Position numbers and translations under genes: made by a program. Source: Clostridium disporicum (GTDB lineage Bacteria > Bacillota > Clostridia > Clostridiales > Clostridiaceae). Taken from it: a DNA stretch of 32,000 bases. Positions 16,049-24,879 of the stretch are shown here, piece by piece (the first letter of the stretch is position 1; every line of letters begins with the position of its first letter). The DNA is taken from positions 58,133 to 90,132 of the forward strand of contig NZ_CYZX01000008.1 of the NCBI RefSeq assembly GCF_001405015.1, given 5' to 3'. The notes beneath the pieces were generated by a model. That model did no database searches. It had not been told where the DNA came from and was given only the letters and a program-made list of their open reading frames with translations.

Positions 16049-17498
16049 AATTTCTTTTCTCTTTTAATCTTAAAACTTCATCAATAGCTCTTCTTTTATC
16101 AATTCTCTTTAGTTCTAAATCAACCTCTTTTAATATTCCATCTCTTTTTTCTATAAAACTCCATATAGGTTCATTAATACTTAAGGAAGTTCTTATATTT
16201 TCACAAATATTAGGCATAAATGGTTCCAATAAATTAGCTATATTAGCTACTATTTGAATATTATTATAGACCTTATTCTTGCAGTAATCAGGATTCTTCT
16301 CTGCCATGTCCCATAATAAATTTTCTTTAAAATCTTTATTAGCCTTTCTGCAAAAAGCCATTATATTATTTAACGCACTATTAAAATGCCCCTCTTCAAT
16401 ATCGTCTCCAACGCTAAAATATAAATCTAAAATTTCATTTTTTAAACTTTCCTCTATAATTCCACTTGGTATTCTCGGCCCATAATTTTTTCTTGAGAAA
16501 GTTATGACCCTTTGTACATAGTGCGAAAAAGTACTTACCAAATCAAAATTATTTACATTTATATAATCCCTCCATGAAAAATCAGTATCCTTATCTTCTG
16601 GAGAGTTTAGCATAAGATAATATCTAAAACTATCTACGTTATAATTCTTTGTAATATAATCAGCCCATAATGCCCAATTCTTAACTGATGAGAATGGTTT
16701 TCCTTCTAGTTTTAAATGCTCACTTGATATCATTCTTAAATTAGGATTTTTAATTCCTACTCCACATAAAATAGCTGGGAAAATAACAGTATGGAAAGGT
16801 ATATTATCTTTTCCGTGAACAAAATAAACCCTTGAATCATCTCCGCTCCAATATTCTTTCCAATCCTCTCCTCTTTCACTTAGACATTTCATACTGGCAG
16901 TAAGATATCCCATTACCGCTTCAATCCATACATATATTTTTTTATCTTCATATCCGTCTAACGGTACATCAACGCCCCAATTAAAATCTCTTGTTACAGC
17001 TCTATCCCTTAATCCTTCATCAAGATATCTTTTTAATATTTTTTTGGCATTTTCTCTCCATCCATCTTCATTATCAAATATGTACTTTACATCATCCTCA
17101 AACTTAGATAAAGCAAAGAATAAATGTTTTGACCCATCTACTATTTCTTCATATATATATCCTTTTTCATATAAATCTAAAATAAATTTTTTTACCTTTT
17201 CTTGGTGATATTCAGAATGAGTTTTTTCAAAAATATCAAAAGAAAATCCTAAAGATTTAAAACATTTTTGAAATTCCTTATGATATTTTTCTACAGCTTC
17301 TAACGGAGATATCCCCTCTTCTTCTGCTCTATTAGTAACAGGAGTACCATGACAGTCAGTTCCTGATATAAATACAACATTATCTCCCATCATTCTATGA
17401 TACCTAGCTAAAATGTCCCCAGGTAACCATACAGCAATTCTTCCTAAATGAAGTGGTCCATTAGCATAAGGCCATGCATTTCCTATAATTATATTCAT
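16047..17498 (-). CDS. MetRS-like class I aminoacyl-tRNA synthetase paralog (truncated, degenerate catalytic motifs)
   Basis: WPYANGPLHLGR..., GTDCHGTP, WGVDVP, VWIEAVMGY, HGKDNIPFHTVIFPA and LLW in the anticodon-domain position all align to E. coli-type MetRS. It lacks the Cys-knuckle insertion and the C-terminal tRNA-binding domain. SD AAGGGGG lies 7 nt upstream of the ATG. Confidence 0.85.
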   Translation of the reverse strand: MNIIIGNAWPYANGPLHLGRIAVWLPGDILARYHRMMGDNVVFISGTDCHGTPVTNRAEEEGISPLEAVEKYHKEFQKCFKSLGFSFDIFEKTHSEYHQEKVKKFILDLYEKGYIYEEIVDGSKHLFFALSKFEDDVKYIFDNEDGWRENAKKILKRYLDEGLRDRAVTRDFNWGVDVPLDGYEDKKIYVWIEAVMGYLTASMKCLSERGEDWKEYWSGDDSRVYFVHGKDNIPFHTVIFPAILCGVGIKNPNLRMISSEHLKLEGKPFSSVKNWALWADYITKNYNVDSFRYYLMLNSPEDKDTDFSWRDYINVNNFDLVSTFSHYVQRVITFSRKNYGPRIPSGIIEESLKNEILDLYFSVGDDIEEGHFNSALNNIMAFCRKANKDFKENLLWDMAEKNPDYCKNKVYNNIQIVANIANLLEPFMPNICENIRTSLSINEPIWSFIEKRDGILKEVDLELKRIDKRRAIDEVLRLKEKRN

Positions 17499-17589
17499 TA
17501 AATAACCCCCTTTTATTGCTACAAAGATGAAAAGTTCACCTACAGTGAAAGTGAAAATATTGCTTTAGCAAAACTTTTCACTATAAAAT

Positions 17590-17609
17590 AAGGAGCCTAA
17601 TGGCTCCTT
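17590..17609 (-). terminator. probable terminator of the metG transcript (after the repeat-rich 3' UTR)
   Basis: aaggagcc-taat-ggctcctt, with short U tracts on both strands. Confidence 0.5.
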
Positions 17610-17640
17610 TGTTTTAAGTGAAACTTCCTCTATCGTCAAA

Positions 17641-17700
17641 TCAATACACTTATAGTGTAACTTCAAGATACCCAATCACAGACTTGAGCTTTTAGTCAAA
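17641..17700 (-). repeat. dispersed repeat family, copy A core module
   Basis: tacacttatagtgtaacttcaag ... cttttagtcaa recurs inverted at 31046-31140. Confidence 0.75.
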
Positions 17701-17869
17701 TTCGACTAACTAAATCAGAGATTTAAAGTCTAGAGGAAACACCTACTCACATACGTTCGTCTGTGTAAGTTCGACTAACTAAATCAGAGATTTAGAGTCT
17801 TAGAGGAAACACCGACTCACATCCGTTCGTAGGTGTAAGTTCGACTAGCTAAATCAGAGATTTAGAGTC
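17701..17869 (-). repeat. tandem repeat, 69-70 bp unit, about 2.4 copies, each with an 11-bp-stem hairpin
   Basis: Units start at 17701, 17770 and 17840. Conserved ttcgactaactaaatcagagatttagagtc contains the hairpin GACT-aa-CTAAATC-aga-GATTTAG-AGTC. The array starts 4 nt after the metG stop codon. Confidence 0.92.
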
Positions 17870-17873
17870 TCAC

Positions 17874-19826
17874 TTATCTTACTTGGCTTCCTGTTGGTAG
17901 TTCACCTGGACTTACTAGGTTTAATACACTATCATCGTCTGTAGCTGCAGCAAGTATCATACCTTGAGATAATTCTCCTCTTAATGTTACTGGCTTTAAG
18001 TTAGCTACTAAAACAACATATTTTCCTACTAATTCTTCTGGTTTATAGAATTTAGCTATTCCTGATACTACCTGTCTTTCTTCACCATTTAAATCTACTT
18101 TTAATTTTAATAATTTTTTTGCTCCCTTGATTGGTTCACAAGCAGTTACTTTAACTACTCTTAAGTCAAGCTTAGCAAAATCATCTATTGTGATTTCCTC
18201 TTTAATTGGAGTTATCTCTCTCTTTTCTTCAACTTTTTGTTGTGCTGCTAATTGTTCTGCTTTTTTCTTTTCAACTACCTCTAATATTGCTTTTACATCT
18301 AGTCTTGGGAAAATTGCTTCACCTCTATTAACCTTTGTTCCAGCAGCTGTTCCATCAAATGAATGTAAGCTTTCTAAATCTGTTTTTGAAATATTAACTT
18401 GTTCATTGATTTTTGCACTTGTTTCTGGTAAGAATGGTGCAATTAAGCTTGATATAAATCTTATACTTTCACATAAGTTATAAAGCACTGTAGCAAGTCT
18501 ATCCTTTTGAGATTCATCTTTTCCAAGAACCCAAGGAGTAGTTTCATCTATATATTTATTTGTTCTTCTAATTAAGTTCCATATTTGATCTAAAGCATCT
18601 GCAATTCTTAAATGCTCCATCTTATCTGCAACTTTTTTAGGAGTTTCAAGCGCTAATGAGATAAGCTCATCATCCACAGCTTCTTTAACCATTGGTACTG
18701 GAATTACTCCATCAAAATACTTTTCAACCATTGTAACTGTTCTAGAAACAAGGTTTCCTAAAGTATTAGCTAAATCTGAGTTAACTCTTTCAGTAACTAA
18801 TTCCCAAGTGATTGTTCCGTCATTATCGAATGGCATTTCATGAAGAACGAAGTAACGAACTGCATCAACACCAAATAATTCTACTAAATCATCAGCGTAT
18901 ATAACATTACCTTTAGACTTACTCATTTTTCCGTCACCTTGTAATAACCATGGATGACCGAAAATTTGCTTTGGTAATGGAATATCAAGAGCCATTAACA
19001 TAATTGGCCAGTAAATAGTATGGAATCTTAAAATATCCTTACCTATTAAGTGTAAATCTGCTGGCCAGAATTTTGTATACGCTTCTGCATGATTTCCATC
19101 TAAATCATATCCTAAACCAGTTATATAGTTTGAAAGAGCATCAAGCCATACATATACAACGTGTTTATCATCAAAATCAACTGGAATACCCCACTTAAAT
19201 GATGTCCTTGATACACATAAATCTTGTAATCCTGGTAATAAGAAGTTGTTCATCATTTCATTTTTGCGTGATTCTGGTTGAATAAACTCTGGATGAGTGT
19301 TTATATGCTCAATTAATCTATCTGTATATTTGCTAAGCTTTAAGAAATATGCTTCTTCTTGAGCTGGTTGAACTTCTCTTCCACAGTCAGGACACTTACC
19401 ATCAACTAATTGTGATGAAGTAAAGAAAGATTCACATGGTGTACAATATAATCCTTCATAGTGACCTTTATATATATCCCCTTGTTCGTAAAGCTTCTTG
19501 AATATTTTTTGAACTTGTTTTTCATGATACTCATCAGTTGTTCTGATAAATTTATCATAAGAAGTATTCATTAAATCCCAAATTCCTTTAATTTCACCTG
19601 CTATATTATCAACAAATTCCTTTGGTGTAATACCAGCTTCTTGAGCTTTTAACTCAATTTTTTGACCATGTTCGTCTGTTCCTGTTTGGAATTGAACATC
19701 ATAGCCTTGTAATCTCTTATATCTTGCTATACTATCAGCTAAAACTACCTCATAAGTATTACCTATATGTGGCTTACCTGAAGTATATGCAATTGCAGTA
19801 GTTATATAATATGGTTTTTTAGTCAT
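17874..19826 (-). CDS. metG: methionine--tRNA ligase (canonical, with C-terminal tRNA-binding domain)
   Basis: KPHIGN (HIGH), CTPC...CPDCG knuckle, KMSKS present, and a C-terminal Trbp111/EMAP-like domain (DFAKLDLRVVKV...). Preceded by a Met T-box. Confidence 0.97.
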   Translation of the reverse strand: MTKKPYYITTAIAYTSGKPHIGNTYEVVLADSIARYKRLQGYDVQFQTGTDEHGQKIELKAQEAGITPKEFVDNIAGEIKGIWDLMNTSYDKFIRTTDEYHEKQVQKIFKKLYEQGDIYKGHYEGLYCTPCESFFTSSQLVDGKCPDCGREVQPAQEEAYFLKLSKYTDRLIEHINTHPEFIQPESRKNEMMNNFLLPGLQDLCVSRTSFKWGIPVDFDDKHVVYVWLDALSNYITGLGYDLDGNHAEAYTKFWPADLHLIGKDILRFHTIYWPIMLMALDIPLPKQIFGHPWLLQGDGKMSKSKGNVIYADDLVELFGVDAVRYFVLHEMPFDNDGTITWELVTERVNSDLANTLGNLVSRTVTMVEKYFDGVIPVPMVKEAVDDELISLALETPKKVADKMEHLRIADALDQIWNLIRRTNKYIDETTPWVLGKDESQKDRLATVLYNLCESIRFISSLIAPFLPETSAKINEQVNISKTDLESLHSFDGTAAGTKVNRGEAIFPRLDVKAILEVVEKKKAEQLAAQQKVEEKREITPIKEEITIDDFAKLDLRVVKVTACEPIKGAKKLLKLKVDLNGEERQVVSGIAKFYKPEELVGKYVVLVANLKPVTLRGELSQGMILAAATDDDSVLNLVSPGELPTGSQVR

Positions 19827-19923
19827 ATTTCTTCCTCCTTTTTTCTAATTAATAATTAAGATATAGGAATTTAAATTTTGATATTTTCGTTAAATATTCA
19901 CTTCTAATTATTAATTTTTAATT

Positions 19924-20195
19924 ATAAAAAAATCCTCTATATAGGTTAATTACCCATATAGAGGCGTTATATACGCGTTACCACTCTATTTTTACATTTA
20001 TCTCACAATAAATATCTCACTAGGTTACTATCATCACCGTGCAATATAACGGTTGCTACCGTATTATCCTAATCATAAGACTCAGATAATCTGCTCCAAG
20101 ACCATCTTCATAAAGTTCAATGACGCTAGCTTTCACCAAATCCTAGCTCTCTTTAGACATATTCCTAAACTACTCTTCTTTTCTATGCATTTATT
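19924..20195 (-). promoter_or_regulatory. T-box leader, methionine specifier (AUG)
   Basis: Minus strand has AGAGAG...GGTGAAAG stem I elements, specifier loop gaactttATGaag (ATG at 20109-20111), T-box sequence AGAGTGGTAACGCG (19974-19987), and terminator cctctatatggg/cctatatagagg followed by T7. Confidence 0.9.
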
Positions 20196-20201
20196 AATTT
20201 T

Positions 20202-20230
20202 ATAATATGCTAAAATGTAAAAACTGTCAA
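20202..20230 (-). promoter_or_regulatory. promoter of the T-box-metG unit
   Basis: Minus strand: TTGACA-17 nt-TATTAT. Confidence 0.6.
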
Positions 20231-20235
20231 TAAGC

Positions 20236-20266
20236 AAAAATAAAAGCTGTGCCCCCATGCACAGCC
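20236..20266 (-). terminator. intrinsic terminator of the NhaC-family gene
   Basis: Minus strand: ggctgtgc-atgggg-gcacagc, followed by ttttattttt. Confidence 0.75.
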
Positions 20267-20289
20267 TTTATATAGCCCCTATTATTTTC

Positions 20290-22035
20290 TTATTTTGCTA
20301 AAGCGCCTGTTTCAGCTTCTATGTTAGCTTCATCTACCTTCTTACCAAATATTTGTACCCCAACATATACAGCAACTAGTGCTAATGGTAATACTAGATA
20401 TATAGGTAATCCTAAACCTGCTGGAATATAACCAAATAATATTGTTATTGTTGCAACAAATAATGAATACCATATTTGTGTATTAACGTGATTTATGTGG
20501 TTACATCCTGCACCCATTGATGAAAGTATTGTTGTATCTGAAATTGGTGAACAATGATCTCCAAATATTGCTCCTGTTAATACTGCACTTGTAGAAACTA
20601 CTATAAATGACATTTCAGGATTAATTGAATGTGCAAGAGGTATTGCTAATGGCATTAATATACTCATTGTTCCATATGCAGTTCCAGTTGAGAATGATAT
20701 TACTGCTCCTAGAACGAATATTAAACTTGGTAATAAAAATGCTGGTATAGCACCTTGTAAAGCTTCAACTAAATAATATGCAGTTCCAAGTTCTTTAATT
20801 ACTGAACCTAAAGACCAAGCTAATATAAGAATAACTCCTGTAATAATTAGCCCTTTCATTCCATCTACCCAAGTTTCTATAGCTTCACTTAAAGTAAATA
20901 TCTTTTTACTAACAGCCATAATTATAGTTACAACTGATGCAAATAATGCTGATTGGAATAATGCTACTGAAGCATCTGCTGCTGAGAAAGCTTCCATTAT
21001 TCCTGCAAATGACATTGGTGAGTTAGTCATTATTTGTTGAAGTGCTACGTTATCTCCACCCATTATTGAGCTATATCCACTATAGTAGAATGCTACTAGC
21101 GCTGAAATAATTAGTGTCCCTATTGGAATAATTGCATTCCATATGCTAAGCTCTACACCTTCTTTTGGTTCTAATTCATCCATTTGTGAAGATGATGCTG
21201 CTATCTCTTCAACAATATCTTTATTTCTCTTTCTTGCAGCTATTTCAGCTTTTCTCATTGGTCCAAATTCTTTTAAAGTAACTGCTGTAATAATTATAAA
21301 TGCAAGAATTAATATGTTGTAAAATCTATATGGTATAGTTTGAAGGAATACTCCAAATCCACTTGCTTCTACACCTATTTGATTAAACCCTTCACCTATT
21401 AAGCTAACTTCTAATCCAATCCAAGTTGATATTATTGCAAGCCCAGCTACTGGCGCTGCAGTTGCATCAATTATAAACGCTAATCTCTCTCTTGAAATCT
21501 TCATCTTATCAGCTACTGGACGCATTATAGGTCCAACTATAAGTGAATTTGCGTAATCATCAAAGAATACGAATAATCCTAATAACCAAGTTATTAATTG
21601 AGTGCTTCTTGCAGTCTTTGCTTTTTTTGCTAAAGCTTCTGCTATAGCCTTAGCTCCACCCATTTTACCTACTAAATTAATAACTCCTCCAATTGCCAAT
21701 ACCTGAAGTATTATACCTGCATTCCATGGATCTGCTAAAGAATTTAATGCTCTTGTAACAAAATCTAAGAATGCTTGTATAAGTGCATAAAACACATTAT
21801 ATCCTGTAAGGCTAATTAAAAAGCTACCTGATAAAATCCCTATAAATAAAGAAATAACAACGTTCTTAGTAATAAATGCTAATACTATCGCTACTATTGG
21901 TGGTATTAAAGTTAATAACCCAAATCTTTCTGCATTTACTGCTGCTGGTTCTAACTCACTGGCAAATGCCATTGTTGTTGATAAAGTAAAAATAATCATT
22001 GTTAGTAGGATTACTCTAAATCCCGTCTTTTTCAT
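20290..22035 (-). CDS. NhaC-family Na+/H+ antiporter-like permease (probable lysine transporter)
   Basis: 581-aa polytopic membrane protein with NhaC-like repeats. Directly controlled by a lysine riboswitch. Confidence 0.85.
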   Translation of the reverse strand: MKKTGFRVILLTMIIFTLSTTMAFASELEPAAVNAERFGLLTLIPPIVAIVLAFITKNVVISLFIGILSGSFLISLTGYNVFYALIQAFLDFVTRALNSLADPWNAGIILQVLAIGGVINLVGKMGGAKAIAEALAKKAKTARSTQLITWLLGLFVFFDDYANSLIVGPIMRPVADKMKISRERLAFIIDATAAPVAGLAIISTWIGLEVSLIGEGFNQIGVEASGFGVFLQTIPYRFYNILILAFIIITAVTLKEFGPMRKAEIAARKRNKDIVEEIAASSSQMDELEPKEGVELSIWNAIIPIGTLIISALVAFYYSGYSSIMGGDNVALQQIMTNSPMSFAGIMEAFSAADASVALFQSALFASVVTIIMAVSKKIFTLSEAIETWVDGMKGLIITGVILILAWSLGSVIKELGTAYYLVEALQGAIPAFLLPSLIFVLGAVISFSTGTAYGTMSILMPLAIPLAHSINPEMSFIVVSTSAVLTGAIFGDHCSPISDTTILSSMGAGCNHINHVNTQIWYSLFVATITILFGYIPAGLGLPIYLVLPLALVAVYVGVQIFGKKVDEANIEAETGALAK

Positions 22036-22096
22036 TTTTGTTTCCCCCTAATTAATATATTTTTTGTGAATAATTAAAGGGTTTTGCTTTTGTGCA

Positions 22097-22335
22097 ATAA
22101 AAAGAGCCTTGAGTTAACACTCAAGGCCCTAAAATTGCATTAAAAAATTAGGTCTTCCTCAAATGATAGCTCACCACAAAAACAAGTTTGTGACAGTGAT
22201 ATATATATTATATACATCCCCAGCTATACAACCTTAAAGCATTAGTTGTATGCTTCGGCGATAATTCCTTTCCTATTAACTCACAGTGCTTACCTCATCA
22301 ATAGTACTCTTAAGTATCGCGCCTCTACCTTTATT
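22097..22335 (-). promoter_or_regulatory. lysine riboswitch (L-box) with terminator
   Basis: Minus strand has gtAGAGGCGCgatacttaAGAGTA...GGAAAGGaattaTCGCCGAAGc...tAAGGttgtatagCTGGGG...ACTGTCAc, then terminator gccttgagt/actcaaggc followed by a T run. Confidence 0.9.
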
Positions 22336-22357
22336 TATTCACGATTAATTTATTATA

Positions 22358-22386
22358 ATTATACACATTATATTCGTTCTTGACAA
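22358..22386 (-). promoter_or_regulatory. promoter of the L-box unit
   Basis: Minus strand: TTGTCA-17 nt-TATAAT. Confidence 0.6.
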
Positions 22387-22418
22387 TACCATTTTATAAC
22401 TTTTTTCAAGTATATTTA

Positions 22419-23681
22419 TTAAATGTTATTATTATACTTTGCCATAAAAGTTTCTATTTCTTCCACAGTCTTTATCATTCCACTTGTTAAATTTACTACT
22501 CCATCTTTCGTTACTAGAATATCGTCTTCTATTCTTATGCCCATATTTTCTTCTTCAATATAAATTCCTGGTTCTACTGTATATACTACACCTTCTTTAA
22601 ATGTTATATCTCTATGAGGTGTTTCTAAATCATGAGTATCTAGTCCTAAACTATGTCCAATGCTATGAAAATAATACTTACTAACCTCTGATTTTTCTTT
22701 TATAAGTCCAAGTTTAATACATTCTTCAGCTATTAGATCAGTAGCTTTTTTATTGATATCTCTAAATGTTTTTCCTGGTTTTATATCATTTATTATTTCT
22801 TCGTTAACCTTTAAAACAGCATTATAAACAGCTTTTTGTCTCTCTGTAAATTTTCCGTTTACAGGGAAGGCTCTCGAAATATCTGCATTGTAAAAGTTAT
22901 ATTGTGCTCCTAAATCAAACTGAATTAAATCTCCGTCTTTTAATTCTGAATCATTTGCTACATAGTGTAATGTAGCTGCATTTTTTCCTGCAGCTGCAAT
23001 AGTTTTAAATGCAAAATCCTTTACCCCATTATTTTTACATACAAAATCAAAATATGATTCTAATTGATATTCTTTTATTCCTGCTTTAGAATTTTTCATT
23101 AAAGCTTCAATACCTTCGATAGTTATTGATATAGCTTTTTTTATGTTATCAACTTCTTCTTCACTTTTTACTAGTCGTAATTCTCCAAATATACTAAATA
23201 TATTTTTAATCATTACTTGTGGATATTTAGAAATTATATCCTTAGCAAATTCATTTGCTATACTAGATGTTGAAGAAATACTATCTCTTTCTAAATCTAA
23301 GTATAGATTCACTTCTTCTTTTAAGCAAAGCAATCTATGAATCTCTGAATCAAATTGACTTTTAAATTTTACGTCTTCAATACCACTAATTTCAGTAGCT
23401 TCATCTTTACGAATACTCTTTCCTATCCATCTTTCTAAATCAGGGTCTATATCTTTTATAAATAATGTACTCTTCTCACTTCCACCTACTTTACTCATTA
23501 CAAGAATATGATTTTCTTCACTTATTCCTGTTGAATAGTAAAAGTTTCTATTAGGCGTAAATGGGTATGCTTCATCTGCAGTCTTTTTAGGCGCATTACC
23601 TGCAAATAAAATCACAATTGAATTATCTTTTATTTTTTCAAATAATCTTTTTCTATTATTTTTAAAAAAATCTGCCTTCAT
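22419..23681 (-). CDS. pepP: Xaa-Pro aminopeptidase (M24B) with AMP_N domain
   Basis: DLGAQYNFYNADISR, HSIGHSLGLDTHD, VEPGIY and IEDDILVT metal-ligand motifs of the M24B family. Confidence 0.88.
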   Translation of the reverse strand: MKADFFKNNRKRLFEKIKDNSIVILFAGNAPKKTADEAYPFTPNRNFYYSTGISEENHILVMSKVGGSEKSTLFIKDIDPDLERWIGKSIRKDEATEISGIEDVKFKSQFDSEIHRLLCLKEEVNLYLDLERDSISSTSSIANEFAKDIISKYPQVMIKNIFSIFGELRLVKSEEEVDNIKKAISITIEGIEALMKNSKAGIKEYQLESYFDFVCKNNGVKDFAFKTIAAAGKNAATLHYVANDSELKDGDLIQFDLGAQYNFYNADISRAFPVNGKFTERQKAVYNAVLKVNEEIINDIKPGKTFRDINKKATDLIAEECIKLGLIKEKSEVSKYYFHSIGHSLGLDTHDLETPHRDITFKEGVVYTVEPGIYIEEENMGIRIEDDILVTKDGVVNLTSGMIKTVEEIETFMAKYNNNI

Positions 23682-23765
23682 ATACTTTTTCTCCTTTGCG
23701 TATTAAATTAACAGCTACAATTAATAAATATTATATCTATAAAAACAAAATTTTTCCATAAACTT

Positions 23766-24290
23766 TTAAAATATAAGAATTTTTACCATTAATATTGCCA
23801 TAATAATTGCTGTCATATCAGCCATCACTGCAGCCCAAACTGTATGTCTTACTTTTTTAATTTTAACTGCACCAAAGTATACCGTTACAGTATAAAATAT
23901 AGTTTCTGTAGTTCCCATTATTACTGATGATACTAACCCTATAAACGTATCTGGTCCATAATTTTTAAGTATATCAGTAAATATTCCCATAGCTCCACTT
24001 CCTGACAGAGGTTTTACTAAAACAAGAGGAACTACTTCTTTAGGTAAACCTATTAATCCTGATATAGGAGAGATAAGATTATTTAACATATCTAAAAGCT
24101 TAGCTTCCCTAAATATATGAACCGCCAAAATCATAGCTAAAAGATAAGGAAAAATATTCATACATACCTTTAATCCATCTTTTGCACCTTCAACAAACCA
24201 ATCATAAACCTTTCTTCCCTTAAACATCCCATAAGTTATTATTATAAATACTATTATAGGAATTATACTTTTAGTTATATATTGAAACAT
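23766..24290 (-). CDS. spmB: spore maturation protein B (nucleoside-recognition membrane protein)
   Basis: Polytopic protein paired with spmA, with SpmB-like sequence (LVKPLSGSGA...). Confidence 0.82.
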   Translation of the reverse strand: MFQYITKSIIPIIVFIIITYGMFKGRKVYDWFVEGAKDGLKVCMNIFPYLLAMILAVHIFREAKLLDMLNNLISPISGLIGLPKEVVPLVLVKPLSGSGAMGIFTDILKNYGPDTFIGLVSSVIMGTTETIFYTVTVYFGAVKIKKVRHTVWAAVMADMTAIIMAILMVKILIF

Positions 24291-24303
24291 ACTCTATCCC
24301 TCC

Positions 24304-24879
24304 TTAAAAATATCTCTGAAGAATTTTAGCACATATAACACCTACAATAGCCGCCACCGTGGTTGATATAATCGCAGGTAAAATTATTACCCCAGGATTT
24401 GTAGACCCTGCTGCCGCTCTTATAGAAATTACCGTGGATGGTACTAACTGAACACAAGCCGCGTTAAGTACAAGAAATAACGCCATATCATTACTAGCTC
24501 TTCCTTTATCTCTATTTAATCTATCCATTTCTTCCATCGCTTTTATCCCAAAAGGTGTAGCAGCATTTCCTAACCCCATCATATTAGCAGTTATATTCAT
24601 TACAATTGCCCCTAATGCTTTTTCATCCTTTGCTGCTTCCTTAAAAATCACTTTAAGTATCGGTTTCATAAGCTTTGCTAACTTCTCTGTTAATCCACTT
24701 TTTTCAGCAACCTTCATTACTCCACACCAAAAGCACATTAATCCAACTAAACTTATAATAAAAGTAACGGTACTATCTATAGAACTAATTATTGTATTAG
24801 ACATAGCTTCCCCATTGCCAGTAAATATACTAACTAGTATTCCTAGAAAAATCATTATAAACCATATGTAATTTATCAT
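24304..24879 (-). CDS. spmA: spore maturation protein A
   Basis: MINYIWFIMI... N-terminus and the Gate/nucleoside-recognition motif NITANMMGLGNAATPFG. Confidence 0.85.
   Translation of the reverse strand: MINYIWFIMIFLGILVSIFTGNGEAMSNTIISSIDSTVTFIISLVGLMCFWCGVMKVAEKSGLTEKLAKLMKPILKVIFKEAAKDEKALGAIVMNITANMMGLGNAATPFGIKAMEEMDRLNRDKGRASNDMALFLVLNAACVQLVPSTVISIRAAAGSTNPGVIILPAIISTTVAAIVGVICAKILQRYF

Noticed and set aside
17499-17600. T-box or SAM riboswitch in front of the MetRS-like gene.
   Set aside because: The leader is only about 90 nt and lacks the T-box sequence (GGTGGTACCGCG-like) and S-box cores.
17701-17869. Possible CRISPR array (regular spacing of about 70 bp of a 30-nt conserved segment).
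   Set aside because: The segments between the conserved 30-mers are themselves near-identical between units, so this is a tandem duplication rather than repeat-spacer architecture. No cas genes are in the window.
18127-18483. Antisense ORFs inside long genes: 18127-18483, 2886-3074, 6942-7262, 7671-7898, 9494-9727, 10168-10365, 11196-11459, 23143-23340, 28443-28646, 28499-28774 and 31116-31307.
   Set aside because: All lie fully inside, or antisense to, strongly supported CDSs. Their products are Ser/Leu/Phe/Ile-rich and typical of the reverse frame of AT-rich genes. They have no SD motifs.
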